Notes: a model not told the origin generated them from the letters alone. A DNA stretch of 64,000 nucleotides from Opitutaceae bacterium (GCA_036261745.1 DATAKE010000099.1:38173-102172); one strand, 5' to 3'; shown: positions 39,869 to 50,119, counted from the first letter of the stretch. Made by a program: numbers and translations.

Positions 39869-41012
39869 ATGATCGCACCCGAGACTTTCAATCACATCGA
39901 GAACATCAAGAAGCGCGCCGGGCATCTCTGGAGGTTTCTTTGACGTCGAACAAAAGCAGCGTGAGATCGAGGCGATGGATGCGCAGCAGGGCGCTCCCGG
40001 TTTCTGGGACAGCAACGAGCGCGCGCAAAAACACATCGCGAAGCTGAACAGCCTGAAGCGTTCGGTCCTCCCGGTCGTCGCGTTTCACCGGAAAGTCGAG
40101 GACCTCGGCGTGATGCTCGAGCTCGTCGAGGCGGCCTCGGCCGGCGAACGCGAGACCTACGAGAAGGAAGTCGAGAGCAGCGTCGCGGCGATGTCATCGG
40201 AACTCGACGAACTCGAGATCGCGTCCTTCCTCACCGGGCAGTTCGACAAGAACAACGCCATCCTCTCGATCCAGTCCGGCGCCGGCGGCACGGAGGCCAA
40301 CGACTGGGCGGATATTTTATTCCGCATGTACAACCGCTGGGCCGAGCGGCGCGGTTTCACGATCGAGGTGCAGGATGTCCAGGTCGGCGACCAGGCCGGC
40401 ATCAGCAAGGCGACGATTCTCATCAAGGGCGAAAACGCCTATGGCTACGTGAAGGCCGAGCGCGGCGTGCACCGGCTCGTGCGCATCAGCCCGTTCGACT
40501 CGAACAAGCGGCGGCACACGTCGTTTTGCGCGATCGACGTCGTCGCGGAGATCACCGACGAAATCGAGATCGAGATTCCGGAAAGCGAGATTCGCGTGGA
40601 TGTCTACCGCTCCTCCGGCAAGGGCGGGCAGGGCGTCAACACCACCGACTCCGCGGTGCGCCTCACGCACATCCCGACGAACATCGTGGTGGTCTGCCAA
40701 AACGAGCGTTCGCAGATCAAGAACAAGGCGACGGCGCTGAACGTGCTGAAGTCGCGCCTCTACGAAAAGAAACTCGACGAACAGCGCAGCGAGATGGAGC
40801 GGTTCTACGGCGAGAAGGGCGAGATCGGCTTCGGCAGCCAGATTCGCAGCTACGTCCTGCAGCCGTATCAGATGGTGAAGGATCTCCGCACGGGCGTGAG
40901 CACGAGCGACACGCAGGGTGTGCTCGACGGCGACATCGATCGTTTCGTGACGGGCTGGCTGCGCGCGGGCTCTCCGCGTCATCGCAACAAAGACATCCAG
41001 ATGGAGGATTAA
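39869..41012 (+). CDS. prfB: peptide chain release factor 2, requiring a programmed +1 ribosomal frameshift at 39938-39944
   Basis: Frame 0 reads [24 protein letters not shown] and then hits TGA at 39941. The +1 frame continues [13 protein letters not shown]...SPF...[19 protein letters not shown]...SYVLQPY to 41012. Confidence 0.85.
39931..39944 (+). promoter_or_regulatory. prfB autoregulatory +1 frameshift site (SD-like GGAGG, then CTT TGA C)
   Basis: The sequence ctGGAGGtttCTTTGAC has the canonical RF2 architecture. An internal Shine-Dalgarno sequence sits 3 nt upstream of the CUU-UGA-C slippery stop. Confidence 0.8.
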
Positions 41013-41086
41013 TTCGGAAGCCGTGAAATCAGGAATCGACCGAAGGCGTTTTGCGCTTCCCGGCTTTCTGGCTTCTGAATAACACC

Positions 41087-42499
41087 ATGCCCGATCTTCC
41101 CTACGAAACGATCCACGCCGCGCTCGGGGCGCAGTCGTTGTTCGAGGACAAGAGCTGGCAGCTCTCGCCCGAGGCGTGGCCGGTCACCCCGGAGCAGCAC
41201 GAGCAGCTTGCGGCGATCGGCACCGCCTGCTTCGAGTTTCACCAGGCGCTGGAGGCGCTTTATCTCCGCTCGGCCGCCGGAAAAAATCTCCTGCGCAACA
41301 AGCCGCTGGTCGCGCCGTGGGTTGCCGAGTATCTCGACCGCGGCAAACCGGCGGCGTTGATCGCGCACGCGCGCGACGCAAAAAACCGCGGGGCATTCCC
41401 AACCGTGCTCCGACCCGATCTCCTGCTGACGGACGAGGGTTTCGTGATGACCGAACTCGACTCGGTGCCGGGCGGCATCGGGCTCACGGCGTTCCTGAAC
41501 CGGCTTTACGGCAGCGAAACCGATTCCGCGGTGCTCGGTCACGGCGATGCGATGGTGAAGAATTTCCACGCATCGCTCGCGGCGTTGCGGCCGGGCACGC
41601 GCAATCCCCTGATCGCGCTGGTCGTGAGCGACGAAGCCGCAACCTACCGGCCCGAAATGCAGTGGCTCGCGCACCAGCTCCAGTTGCAGGGCAAGCGGGT
41701 GTTCTGCCTGAAGCCCGAGGATATTTTTCCGCTCGAGAGCTCGCTCTTCTTCGACGCGGAGGGGAATCCCGAGAAGATCGACATCCTTTACCGCTTTTTC
41801 GAGCTCTTCGATCTCGCGAACGTGAAGACGGAGAAATTTTTCTTCGAGGCGTGGAATGCGGGCGAAGTCGCGATCGCCCCGCCGATGCGCGCGTTTCAAG
41901 AGGAGAAGCTGACCTTCGCGCTGTTCCATCATCACCTGTTGCAGGACTACTGGGCCGAGGCCTTGAGCGGCCGGGCGCTGAAACTGCTTCGTTCGCTGAT
42001 TCCGCCGTCGTGGGTAATCGATCCCGCGCCGCTGCCGCCGGGAGCGGTGCTGGATGGTCCGCGGGTGAACGGCCGCTCGTTGAATGACTGGCGGGATCTC
42101 GCCGGCGCCTCGCAGAAGGAACGCGACCTCATCATCAAGATCAGCGGCTACCACGAGACCGCCTGGGGCGCGCGCAGCGTGGTGCTCGGCAGCGATTGCT
42201 CGCGCGAAGAATGGCAGCAAGGCATCGAGCGCGCCGTGCAGCTCGCGCCGACGAACCTGCACGTTCTGCAGACCTACAAAAAGCCGCGCCGCGTCCGCCA
42301 TCGCATGTACGATCGCACGACGCCCCCGACCGCGCGCGAAGTCGACGGCCGCCTGCGGCTCTGCCCGTATTACTTCATCCTCGAAGGCCAGGCGCGCCTC
42401 TCCGGTGCGCTCGCAACCTTCTGTCCGCCTGACAAAAAAATCATCCACGGCATGCAGGACGCGGCGCTGCTTCCAAGTCGCATGGGACTGCCGGTTTGA
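41087..42499 (+). CDS. hypothetical protein, possibly circularly-permuted ATP-grasp-like
   Basis: The ORF itself is solid at ~470 aa. The family assignment is weak and rests on motifs such as RPDLLLTDEGFVMTELDSVPGGIG. The start could be the TTG at 41051. Confidence 0.4.
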   Translation: MPDLPYETIHAALGAQSLFEDKSWQLSPEAWPVTPEQHEQLAAIGTACFEFHQALEALYLRSAAGKNLLRNKPLVAPWVAEYLDRGKPAALIAHARDAKNRGAFPTVLRPDLLLTDEGFVMTELDSVPGGIGLTAFLNRLYGSETDSAVLGHGDAMVKNFHASLAALRPGTRNPLIALVVSDEAATYRPEMQWLAHQLQLQGKRVFCLKPEDIFPLESSLFFDAEGNPEKIDILYRFFELFDLANVKTEKFFFEAWNAGEVAIAPPMRAFQEEKLTFALFHHHLLQDYWAEALSGRALKLLRSLIPPSWVIDPAPLPPGAVLDGPRVNGRSLNDWRDLAGASQKERDLIIKISGYHETAWGARSVVLGSDCSREEWQQGIERAVQLAPTNLHVLQTYKKPRRVRHRMYDRTTPPTAREVDGRLRLCPYYFILEGQARLSGALATFCPPDKKIIHGMQDAALLPSRMGLPV

Positions 42500-42504
42500 A
42501 ATTC

Positions 42505-43983
42505 ATGTTTCAGCTTCAGAAAATCTTTGCACCGTGCCTGGCTGGCATGGCGTGGTGCTTGATCTTCGCGGTTGGTGCGAGCGCTGCCGCAGTGGTGGCC
42601 GACTCGGCCTATGACCTTTCCGGTTTCGGCCGGCTGACCACGGGCGGCGGGGAAATTCCCGAGACGGATCCGCATTACCGGAGGGTTTCCACGCCCGCGG
42701 AGTTTCGCGCCGCGATCACCGATCCCAAGACAAAGGTGATCGAGATCATGAACGACCTGAATCTCGGCTGGAACGAGATCCCCGCCGCCGAGCGCAAGGG
42801 CCGGTTCCGCCAGAACACGCCGCCGAAACTGCACCCGGTGCTGCTCGTCACGGGGGTCGGGCAGATCGACCTGCAGGATTTCAAGGGACTCACGATTTTT
42901 TCCGCGAACGGCGCCCGGATCCGCCATGCCGGCCTCAACATCAAACGCTGCCACCAGCTGATCATTCGCAACCTGGCCTTCGACGAGCTCTGGGAGTGGG
43001 ACGAGGCGACCAAGGGCAACTACGACAGCAACGACTGGGACTACATCGCGGTCGACAACGCTTCGAGCAACGTGTGGATCGACCACTGCAGCTTCGGCAA
43101 GGCTTACGATGGCGTGCTGGAGGTGAAAGGCGGATCGAACAACGTGACGGTTTCCTGGTGCCGGTTCCTCGAGGACGACGGCGGAACGAACAGCTGGGTT
43201 CGCCAGCAGATCGTCGCGCTGGAATCGAATCCCGGCGCCCATCCGATGTACGGCTTTCTGCGGGCGGGCGGTTTCAGCGTCGAGGAGATCGTGGCCATTT
43301 CGCGCCCCCAGAAAAAAGGACATCTCATCGGCGCGACGGCGTTTTCGTCCGCCAATGCCGGTCTCAGTGTGACGCTGCACCACAATCTCTACGTCGGGAT
43401 GCAGGATCGGATTCCCCGTCTCCGCGGCGGAAATGTCCATGTGTTCAACATCCAGGTCGACAACCGCAACGCGTACGCCGCGAAGCTGCGCTACGACGCG
43501 AGACTCGCCCGGATGTCCGCGGAAAATGCCGCCAAACTCACCAACGGCACCTATCACTTCGGCGTCACGCTGAACGGCGCGATCGCGACCGAGGGTGGGG
43601 CGGTGTTGGTCGAGAATAGTTGTTTCGAGGGCGTGCGCAGCGTCCTGCGCAACAATCAGGGCGACGCGGGAAATCCGGCGCACACGGGAAAAATTCGCGC
43701 GATGGATGTGAGGTACGTTTATGGAGCGGCGAAATTCCGGGGCGACAGCGACACGCCGGATCATCCGCTGGGGCCGGTGCAGGCGCCGGCTTTGCCGTTT
43801 GCATGGACCGGTTTCGAAGCCCTGCCGTACGACTATGCCCGGGATGAAACGGAACAGGTCCCTGTGTTGCTGGCGGCGGGGGCCGGCGCGGGGCGGATCG
43901 TCTGGCCGAAAAGGAACTGGCTGAAGACGCGCTACCCGAAACCCGCCGCCCTGCCGCCGGAAAGGCCGGCGGTGCTGCGTTAA
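42505..43983 (+). CDS. pectate lyase, polysaccharide lyase family 1, secreted
   Basis: It has a signal peptide. Motifs WIDHCSFGKAYDGVLEV (vWiDH) and DRIPRLRGGNVHVFN (RxPxxR) are present. Confidence 0.8.
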   Translation: MFQLQKIFAPCLAGMAWCLIFAVGASAAAVVADSAYDLSGFGRLTTGGGEIPETDPHYRRVSTPAEFRAAITDPKTKVIEIMNDLNLGWNEIPAAERKGRFRQNTPPKLHPVLLVTGVGQIDLQDFKGLTIFSANGARIRHAGLNIKRCHQLIIRNLAFDELWEWDEATKGNYDSNDWDYIAVDNASSNVWIDHCSFGKAYDGVLEVKGGSNNVTVSWCRFLEDDGGTNSWVRQQIVALESNPGAHPMYGFLRAGGFSVEEIVAISRPQKKGHLIGATAFSSANAGLSVTLHHNLYVGMQDRIPRLRGGNVHVFNIQVDNRNAYAAKLRYDARLARMSAENAAKLTNGTYHFGVTLNGAIATEGGAVLVENSCFEGVRSVLRNNQGDAGNPAHTGKIRAMDVRYVYGAAKFRGDSDTPDHPLGPVQAPALPFAWTGFEALPYDYARDETEQVPVLLAAGAGAGRIVWPKRNWLKTRYPKPAALPPERPAVLR

Positions 43984-44008
43984 GCGCTGCTGCAAGGCCC
44001 CCGCCCAC

Positions 44009-44095
44009 TGTCATTCTGAGCGGAGCGAAGAATCCATGCATTCGCTCCTGGCACGGTGTTCGAAACCTTGGATTTTCGCTCCGCTGAGAATGACA
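44009..44095. repeat. REP-like palindrome, family C (TGTCATTCTGAGCGGAGCGAA...TTCGCTCCGCTCAGAATGACA)
   Basis: It has 21-bp perfect arms and a ~45-nt loop that carries a nested hairpin. It shares the TGTCATT terminus with family B. Confidence 0.8.
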
Positions 44096-44151
44096 AAAGG
44101 GGGAGAGTAAGGAGGAGGAGGAGAGAGCGGCGAAGATATCTTCAGACTCGT

Positions 44152-44406
44152 TTACGCGGCGATCCGCTTGCCCGCGTCGAGGGTTTGTCGAAACACGATG
44201 CCGGATCGGGCGAAGAAAATGTCGCGGCGTTGCCGGGCGATTTTCAGATCCTTCGTGCCGAGTGAGCGGCGAACCCGGCCCTTGGTGAGTGGCGTCGGAT
44301 AGAACGTGTAGTGGAGGAACCACGTGCCGTGGTTGTTCCAGAGGTGGTGGTTGGGATTGGCCGCGCGGAGGCGGACCCCGAGGAGGAGTGGTGTGACGGA
44401 GGACAT
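44152..44406 (-). pseudogene. possible truncated REP-associated tyrosine transposase (RAYT / IS200-like) remnant
   Basis: The 84-aa ORF contains NHGTWFLHYTF, which resembles the RAYT N-terminal GGTWFFTV motif. No HuH or catalytic-Tyr region follows. It abuts the family C palindrome. Confidence 0.25.
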
Positions 44407-44809
44407 GTTGCGTGATTTCGGTTGGGAGTTATCGCGCAGCAGGTGAAAACAAAAAACCGATCTGGGCATCAGATCGGTTCGTCTTCGGGAGCGTTCTTGG
44501 TTCGAGACTCAGATGAGCCTCGCACATCCGGATCCCGCGGTTGCGGGACCCGATCCACCGTGGCCGCTCCCGGCCCGGTTGGCTGAACCAGCTTTTAAGG
44601 GCTGATTCATTCCTGATGCAGGGGCGAACGTGGCGATTCCGCGGCTACGGTCCAGACTTTTTCTCCGGCCTCTTTGTCATAAACGCCAAGTTCAGTCCGC
44701 TGTGATCGAGTTGGATAAACCACCGGGGTTCAGAGGACACGGAGGTCGAAAAATTCGGTTCGGAATCGCTGTGTCCTCGGTGCCTCTGTGGTTAACGCGA
44801 ATCTTCAGC

Positions 44810-45832
44810 CTACTTTTTGTGCTCGCGCGCGTAATGCTCGGCGAGCAGGTCGTGGCCGAAGTCTCCCTTGAAATCGCGGACCGTCGAGTGGATGTGGTTC
44901 GCGTTATTTTGGGTGTTGTCGAATTCGATGAGAAACGTCGGTCCCTGGATCCGGTAGTAATTCGCGGTGCCGCGTTCGACGGCTCCGGCCCAGGCGAAGG
45001 TGATCTTGTCCGCGTCGGCGGCGTTGATTTTGGCGAGGGTTTCCTCGGCCAGTTCGGGCCGCCAGCGGGCGAGATAAACTTTCACGAGTTCGAGCAACTG
45101 CCCGCGCTGGGCCGGCGTGAGGCGCGACGCGGCGATGCCAGTGGGTGTGAGCGGTTCGGCGCGCTTGTGATTGAGCGTGATGATTTCCGCGGGGGCTTTT
45201 TCCGCGATCGTCGCTTCCTTGCGCTGCGCGTCGTCGAGCGATTTCAGGAGGGCGCGGCCGAGATCGTCCTCCTCGCCCAGCACGCGTTCGCCTTTGCGCG
45301 GACCGGCGAGCACCTCGGCGGGATTGCTGCCGATGAACGACGGTGCAAAAAACACATGCGAGCCATCCACGACGGTGAAGTTAAACGAGAGATGGTGTCC
45401 CTCGAAGCGCCAGCCCCAGGATTGGCTGGCGGACGGCGTTCCAAAGACCGTGACGAAGTAGAGCGTGGGATCGCGTCGCGCGGCGCCATTCTCGAGTTCC
45501 TTGAGGACGAGTTCCATCGACATGATCGCCGTGGCGCGGGCGATGCCGCGCTGGCCGAGTCCGGTGCGAAGCAGCGCGAGGGCGAGGTCGTGTTGCGCGG
45601 GATTCATCTGCTTGAAGGGCAAACCCTGGCGCGCGAGGGGGACGAAATTCCAGTTTTCGCGCTCCGGATCCGTGAGGGGATAGGTGGCCTGTTTCGCCTG
45701 CTCCGGTGCAAGCGAGCCGAGGAACTTCTGCGCGGCGTCGAGCATGTCGACCGCGGGGGCATGGGCGAACGCCGGCGTGGCGGCAAGCAACAGGCCAAGC
45801 GCGACGGAAACCAGACGGAGGGTAGGGGTCAT
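44810..45832 (-). CDS. secreted DUF3500-family protein
   Basis: It has a signal peptide. The C-terminal signature reads YYRIQGPTFLIEFDNTQNNANHIHSTVRD. Confidence 0.65.
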   Translation of the reverse strand: MTPTLRLVSVALGLLLAATPAFAHAPAVDMLDAAQKFLGSLAPEQAKQATYPLTDPERENWNFVPLARQGLPFKQMNPAQHDLALALLRTGLGQRGIARATAIMSMELVLKELENGAARRDPTLYFVTVFGTPSASQSWGWRFEGHHLSFNFTVVDGSHVFFAPSFIGSNPAEVLAGPRKGERVLGEEDDLGRALLKSLDDAQRKEATIAEKAPAEIITLNHKRAEPLTPTGIAASRLTPAQRGQLLELVKVYLARWRPELAEETLAKINAADADKITFAWAGAVERGTANYYRIQGPTFLIEFDNTQNNANHIHSTVRDFKGDFGHDLLAEHYAREHKK

Positions 45833-45906
45833 CGGCTGGTTAAGGAACGAACCCTTCCCGCCGGCAAGTCGTCAAAATATCTGCCAGTGCGATGACGAGG
45901 CCCGGA

Positions 45907-46341
45907 CTACTTGAAACTCGACCGCGACACGACGCCGTTGCGGAAAACGATTTCGTTTTCCTCGGCGACCCCGCCCGAGCCGCCCACGCCGCTGCTGCCC
46001 ACGCTGACGCCACCCACGCCACCGCCGATCGAGACGCCGCTCAACAAACCGCCGCCGCCTCCTCCGGTCCGGTAGACCCAGACCTCGTCGTCACCGCTCT
46101 GCACGGAACGGGTGATGACCTGGGTGGGTTTGCCGACGGCCATCTGCACCATTTCCGGCGTCATGCCGACGATGACCTTTTTGCTGAGGATGGCCTCCTG
46201 AACCTCGATCGGCCACGACTCATAGAGGGCGCGGTTGGAATCGATGCGCGAAAGCGGCGAGGTCGAGCACGCTGCCAAAAACGACACGGCCGAAACCAGC
46301 AGCGGGATGCGGAGGCGAAGCAGAAAGTTCATCGCGCGCAC
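45907..46341 (-). CDS. small lipoprotein with a Gly-rich segment
   Basis: It has a lipobox (FLAACS). The run GGGGGGLLSGVSIGGGVGGVSVGSSGVGGSGG is low-complexity. Confidence 0.45.
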   Translation of the reverse strand: MRAMNFLLRLRIPLLVSAVSFLAACSTSPLSRIDSNRALYESWPIEVQEAILSKKVIVGMTPEMVQMAVGKPTQVITRSVQSGDDEVWVYRTGGGGGGLLSGVSIGGGVGGVSVGSSGVGGSGGVAEENEIVFRNGVVSRSSFK

Positions 46342-46535
46342 CGTAGTTAAACGATCTCACATGGCAAATGGCTCGTGCGACGAACTGGGTTCAGGAAAAC
46401 ACGCTGCCGAACACCACCCGCCTTCGTCGACCAGGGAACAGGCAGGGCAGGCCCCCGGAATTTTCCGCAAACTCCCACGCCGGGGCTGCGCGCGCCTCCC
46501 GTTTCCGTCCCAAGGCACGGCCCCCAAAAAAGTGT

Positions 46536-46612
46536 CATCTATTAGATGACACTTTTGCCATGCGGCAGAGGGAGAGCTGAATTTTTTTAGTGTCGTCTAA
46601 TAGATGACACTT
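46536..46612. terminator. two inverted copies of an AT-cored palindrome (AAAAGTGTCATCTAWTAGATGACACTTTT), likely a bidirectional intrinsic terminator pair
   Basis: Each has ~10-bp stems flanked by A/T runs. They lie just 3' of the hybrid kinase and 5' of the lipoprotein gene. Confidence 0.5.
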
Positions 46613-46621
46613 TAAGCGGCG

Positions 46622-49435
46622 CTAACTCGCGATCACTTCGGCGAGGCGGGCGAGGAGGACGTCGTGGGTGAAAGGTTTTCGCAGCACGGGCACGGGGCCC
46701 TGATCGCGGATGCGGGCCAGCACATCCTGCTCGCTGTAGCCGCTCATGAGCAGCACGCGGACGTGGGGGTTGATGCCGCGGATGATTCGGAGGGCTTCGG
46801 CGCCATCGATGCGCGGCATGGTCAGGTCGAGCAACACCGCGGCGAAGCCATTCGGGTTGATCCTGAACTGCTCCACCGCTTCCTGGCCATCGGAGGCCAG
46901 CACCGTTTTATACCCGCAGCGCCGCAGCAATTGATCCGCGGTGGCCAGCACCACGGGTTCATCGTCGGCCACGAGGATGGTCCCCTCCGCATCCGCCACC
47001 GGAATGGGTGGCCGCGTGCCTTTGGTGGCTCTTTCCACCGCCGGGCTGGTGGCGGGAAGATAGAGGCTGAACCGCGAGCCCTTTCCGGGCGTGCTTTCCA
47101 CGGTGAGGGCGCCGTGATGCGCGCGAACGATGCCGAGGACCGCGGCGAGACCGAGTCCGCGTCCGGCAAATTTTGTCGTGAAGAAGGGATCGAACACCCG
47201 GCTCAACGTGGCGGGCGACATGCCGTGCCCCGTGTCGGCAACTTCGAGGCAAACGCATTCGCCCTCGGGCAGGTCGAAGGAGTGAACGACACCGTCCAAG
47301 TTGGGTTTCGGGCGGCCGCGCCGCGTGCTGAGGGTGATTTCGCCGGGCGTGTCGCCGAGCGCGTCCGAGGCATTGATGACCAGATTCATCACGACCTGCT
47401 GAAGCTGCGCGATGTCCGCCTCGACCGGCGGGAGGTCGGGCGTGGGCTTGAGGGTGAGACGCGCTTTCTTGCTGATCGAAACCTGGAGGAGCTGCGCGGT
47501 GTCGGTGAGAAATCTTCCCAGGTCGACCCGATCCACGACGAAGCTGCCGCGGCCGGCGTAGGCGAGCATCTGGCGGCAGAGGTCGGCGGCGCGCCGCGCG
47601 GCGGTTTCCACGTGGGCGAGGTGTTGCGCGCGGGCGTGCGGATCGTTCACCTCGCCGCGGATCATGCTGGCGTTCGCCAGGATCACGGTGAGGAGGTTGT
47701 TGAAATCGTGCGCGATGCCGCCCGCCAGCACGCCGAGGCTCTCGAGCTTTTGCGAATCGAGCATCTTGAGCTGCAGCTTCTCGCGCTCGTCGACGGCGGT
47801 TTTCAGGGTGGTGATGTCGACCAGCGTGGTGACTTCCTGCGGTTCCTTGGTGACCGGGTCGCGGTAAAGGTGCGTCGACATCATTGCCCAAACCGTGCGG
47901 CCGTCGGGATGAACGTAGCGTTTCTCCAGCGAGAAATGCTCGATTTCGCCACGATAGAGCCGTTCGAGCAGTACGCGCTGCGGCTCGCGATCCTCGGGGT
48001 GGGTGGCGGCGACGTAGTTCTGGGTGTCGCGGGATTTTGCGGCGGAGACGCCGGTGATGCGTTCGTGTGCGGCGTTAACCATGCGGGTGTCCGCCTCGCG
48101 TCGCCGCACCCAGGAAAGCCCCACCGGCGCCTGCTCGTAGATAAAACGAAACTGCGCTTCCTGGCGGGTGAGCTCGGTTTGGGCGCGTTTGAGATCGGTG
48201 ATGTCGGTGTGCGTGCCCGCGACCCGCAGCGGTTTTCCATCCGGCGTGCGCGCGACTACTTTGCCGCGGTTGAGAATCCAGCGCCATTCGCCGGATTTCG
48301 TCCGCATCCGAAACTCGATGTTGTCGCGGCCGGATTTTTGCATGTGATCCGGCGACCGGAAATTTTCGCAAAGCCAGCGATCGTCCGGATGAACCAGTTT
48401 GAGCCCGCCGGCGAGGGTGGGTTCGATCTCGGAGAGACGGTAGCCCAGCATCTCGGCCCACCGTTCGCTGCGTTCGATGCGGCCGGTCTGGAGGTCCCAG
48501 TCCCAGAATCCGTCCTCACTGCCTTTCAGCACCAGCGTGAGGCGTTCCTCGCTTTGATGCAGGGCCGCGGCCTGTCCCGCCATGCGGCGCAACAGCCGGC
48601 GCTGCCACACCAGCGCGCCGAGGACCGCGATCAGGACGAGCGAGGCGGGAAGCAGGAAGGGTTGCAGATCGCGGAGGCGGACGCGGGGGGTGCCAAGCGG
48701 CCCCATCCATTTTTCGTAGATGCGATGGTAGGTTCCATTCGCCCGGATGCGCGCGAGTCCGTCATTCAACAGGGCGAGCCGCTCGGAATCCCCGGCGCGA
48801 ACGCCCATCCGCAGTTCATAAAAAAATCCGGGAAGAACCACCGGGCTCACTTCGATCGACCGCTGGTAGTTTTCGCGGAGAAAACTGTTCGCGATGATCG
48901 CGGTGGCGGCGACGACGTCGCATTCGCCCTTGTCCAGGGACTGGAGCGCGGCGGCCAGGGACGGCACAAAAACGAAATGCTGGTTCATCCCCTGTTTGGT
49001 CAGGTATTCCTCGGTGAAGCCGCCGCGCGGCAGCGCAATCCGCCGGTTCCGGACATCGGCGAGGGTTCGGGTCGTGCGGTCGCCCTTGCGCACGTAGAGC
49101 GCTCCATCGAGCCGCAGGTGGGCGATCGAGAAGTCGATGAACTGGTCGCGCTCCGGGCTGTAGGCGAGGCTCGCCATCGCATCGATCTCGCCGGCTTTGA
49201 AACGGGCGAACACCTCGTCCCACTTTCCGATCACCGGTTCGACGGTGAGGTTCACCTCCTTCGCCGCGGCTTCCACCACGTCGACAATGAAACCCGCCGG
49301 GCGCCCGTCCTTCTGCGCGAATGAAATCGGATCGTTGTTCGTTTCGAAGCCCACCCGGAGCGAGGCGGCGGCGGAACGATGGGGATTCGCGATCAGCGCA
49401 AGGCAGAGAAATACCACGCAAGAACACGGACGCAT
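46622..49435 (-). CDS. hybrid sensor histidine kinase: periplasmic solute-binding (SBP family 3-like) domain, TM, 2 PAS, HisKA, HATPase and a C-terminal receiver
   Basis: The signal peptide is followed by a PBPb-like domain. PAS regions are present, then HisKA (HDFNNLLTVI), HATPase (GHGMSPATLSRVFDPFFTTKFAGRGLGLA) and REC (ILVADDEP...LDLTMP). Confidence 0.9.
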   Translation of the reverse strand: MRPCSCVVFLCLALIANPHRSAAASLRVGFETNNDPISFAQKDGRPAGFIVDVVEAAAKEVNLTVEPVIGKWDEVFARFKAGEIDAMASLAYSPERDQFIDFSIAHLRLDGALYVRKGDRTTRTLADVRNRRIALPRGGFTEEYLTKQGMNQHFVFVPSLAAALQSLDKGECDVVAATAIIANSFLRENYQRSIEVSPVVLPGFFYELRMGVRAGDSERLALLNDGLARIRANGTYHRIYEKWMGPLGTPRVRLRDLQPFLLPASLVLIAVLGALVWQRRLLRRMAGQAAALHQSEERLTLVLKGSEDGFWDWDLQTGRIERSERWAEMLGYRLSEIEPTLAGGLKLVHPDDRWLCENFRSPDHMQKSGRDNIEFRMRTKSGEWRWILNRGKVVARTPDGKPLRVAGTHTDITDLKRAQTELTRQEAQFRFIYEQAPVGLSWVRRREADTRMVNAAHERITGVSAAKSRDTQNYVAATHPEDREPQRVLLERLYRGEIEHFSLEKRYVHPDGRTVWAMMSTHLYRDPVTKEPQEVTTLVDITTLKTAVDEREKLQLKMLDSQKLESLGVLAGGIAHDFNNLLTVILANASMIRGEVNDPHARAQHLAHVETAARRAADLCRQMLAYAGRGSFVVDRVDLGRFLTDTAQLLQVSISKKARLTLKPTPDLPPVEADIAQLQQVVMNLVINASDALGDTPGEITLSTRRGRPKPNLDGVVHSFDLPEGECVCLEVADTGHGMSPATLSRVFDPFFTTKFAGRGLGLAAVLGIVRAHHGALTVESTPGKGSRFSLYLPATSPAVERATKGTRPPIPVADAEGTILVADDEPVVLATADQLLRRCGYKTVLASDGQEAVEQFRINPNGFAAVLLDLTMPRIDGAEALRIIRGINPHVRVLLMSGYSEQDVLARIRDQGPVPVLRKPFTHDVLLARLAEVIAS

Positions 49436-50119
49436 GTGCTGGGTAGAAAAGGTTATCGGCCGGTTTACGCAAAGACTTAAGCACTTCGTCGGCGTAGCAG
49501 AATTGCTGATCCCGACAGTGCGCCTTCAGTCCCCGGCCGGCTGACCCACCGCGCCCACCCTTCGAAGCCCCTCCCACGCGCAACGTAACAAGAATTTGCA
49601 GACTGATCGTTACCGGTTGCCTGGTGGCCGCCCCTTGCGGCGCGACACAGGAGGGCGGCGAGGTTAGCAATGTTTAGATCGGCGACGGAGAAGCGGGAGA
49701 CCGGCATTTCGCGGGCGATTCCCGTCTCGAAAAAGTTCGCGCGGCGGTTCCCACCCACCCCGGGGTGAAACTGAATTTGGGACTGGCCTGTGCCGCGGCC
49801 GATCGCCCGGAAGACGCTCTCGGATGTTGGGAACGCCTCGCCCAGCTCGAGCCGCGAAATTCCCACACCACGTCCAAAATCGGGCAGGCGTTACAGGCGC
49901 TTGGGGGCGAGAGGGAGCGCGACCGGGCGATCGCCCAACTGCTCAACGAGCGCAAACCGACCAAGGAACCCACAGCTCGCAAAAATCCCGTGGCTTTGTC
50001 GCGAGCGATTCGAGGCGGATGCCGAAAATTCACGGCCACCGAATACTTCGATCCCGCCACCGCGGCACCGCGTGCGGTCTGCGTGGCGTTTTTAGCCGCC
50101 GGACGCGGAAGCCCCAAAC

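Noticed and set aside
10972-44095. Repeated palindromes as a possible CRISPR array
   Set aside because: The copies are dispersed over tens of kb and are individually palindromic, with no regular repeat-spacer spacing. There are no cas genes.
43565-44323. 252-aa minus-strand ORF spanning the pectate lyase 3' end and the family C palindrome
   Set aside because: It is antisense to a well-supported gene, and its translation runs through the REP hairpin and is Pro/Arg/Ser-rich.
44480-44570. Possible tRNA or tRNA fragment (ggttcgagactc resembles a T-loop)
   Set aside because: No acceptor/T-arm pairing or cloverleaf can be built on either strand, and the T-loop consensus GGTTCGAATCC is not matched.
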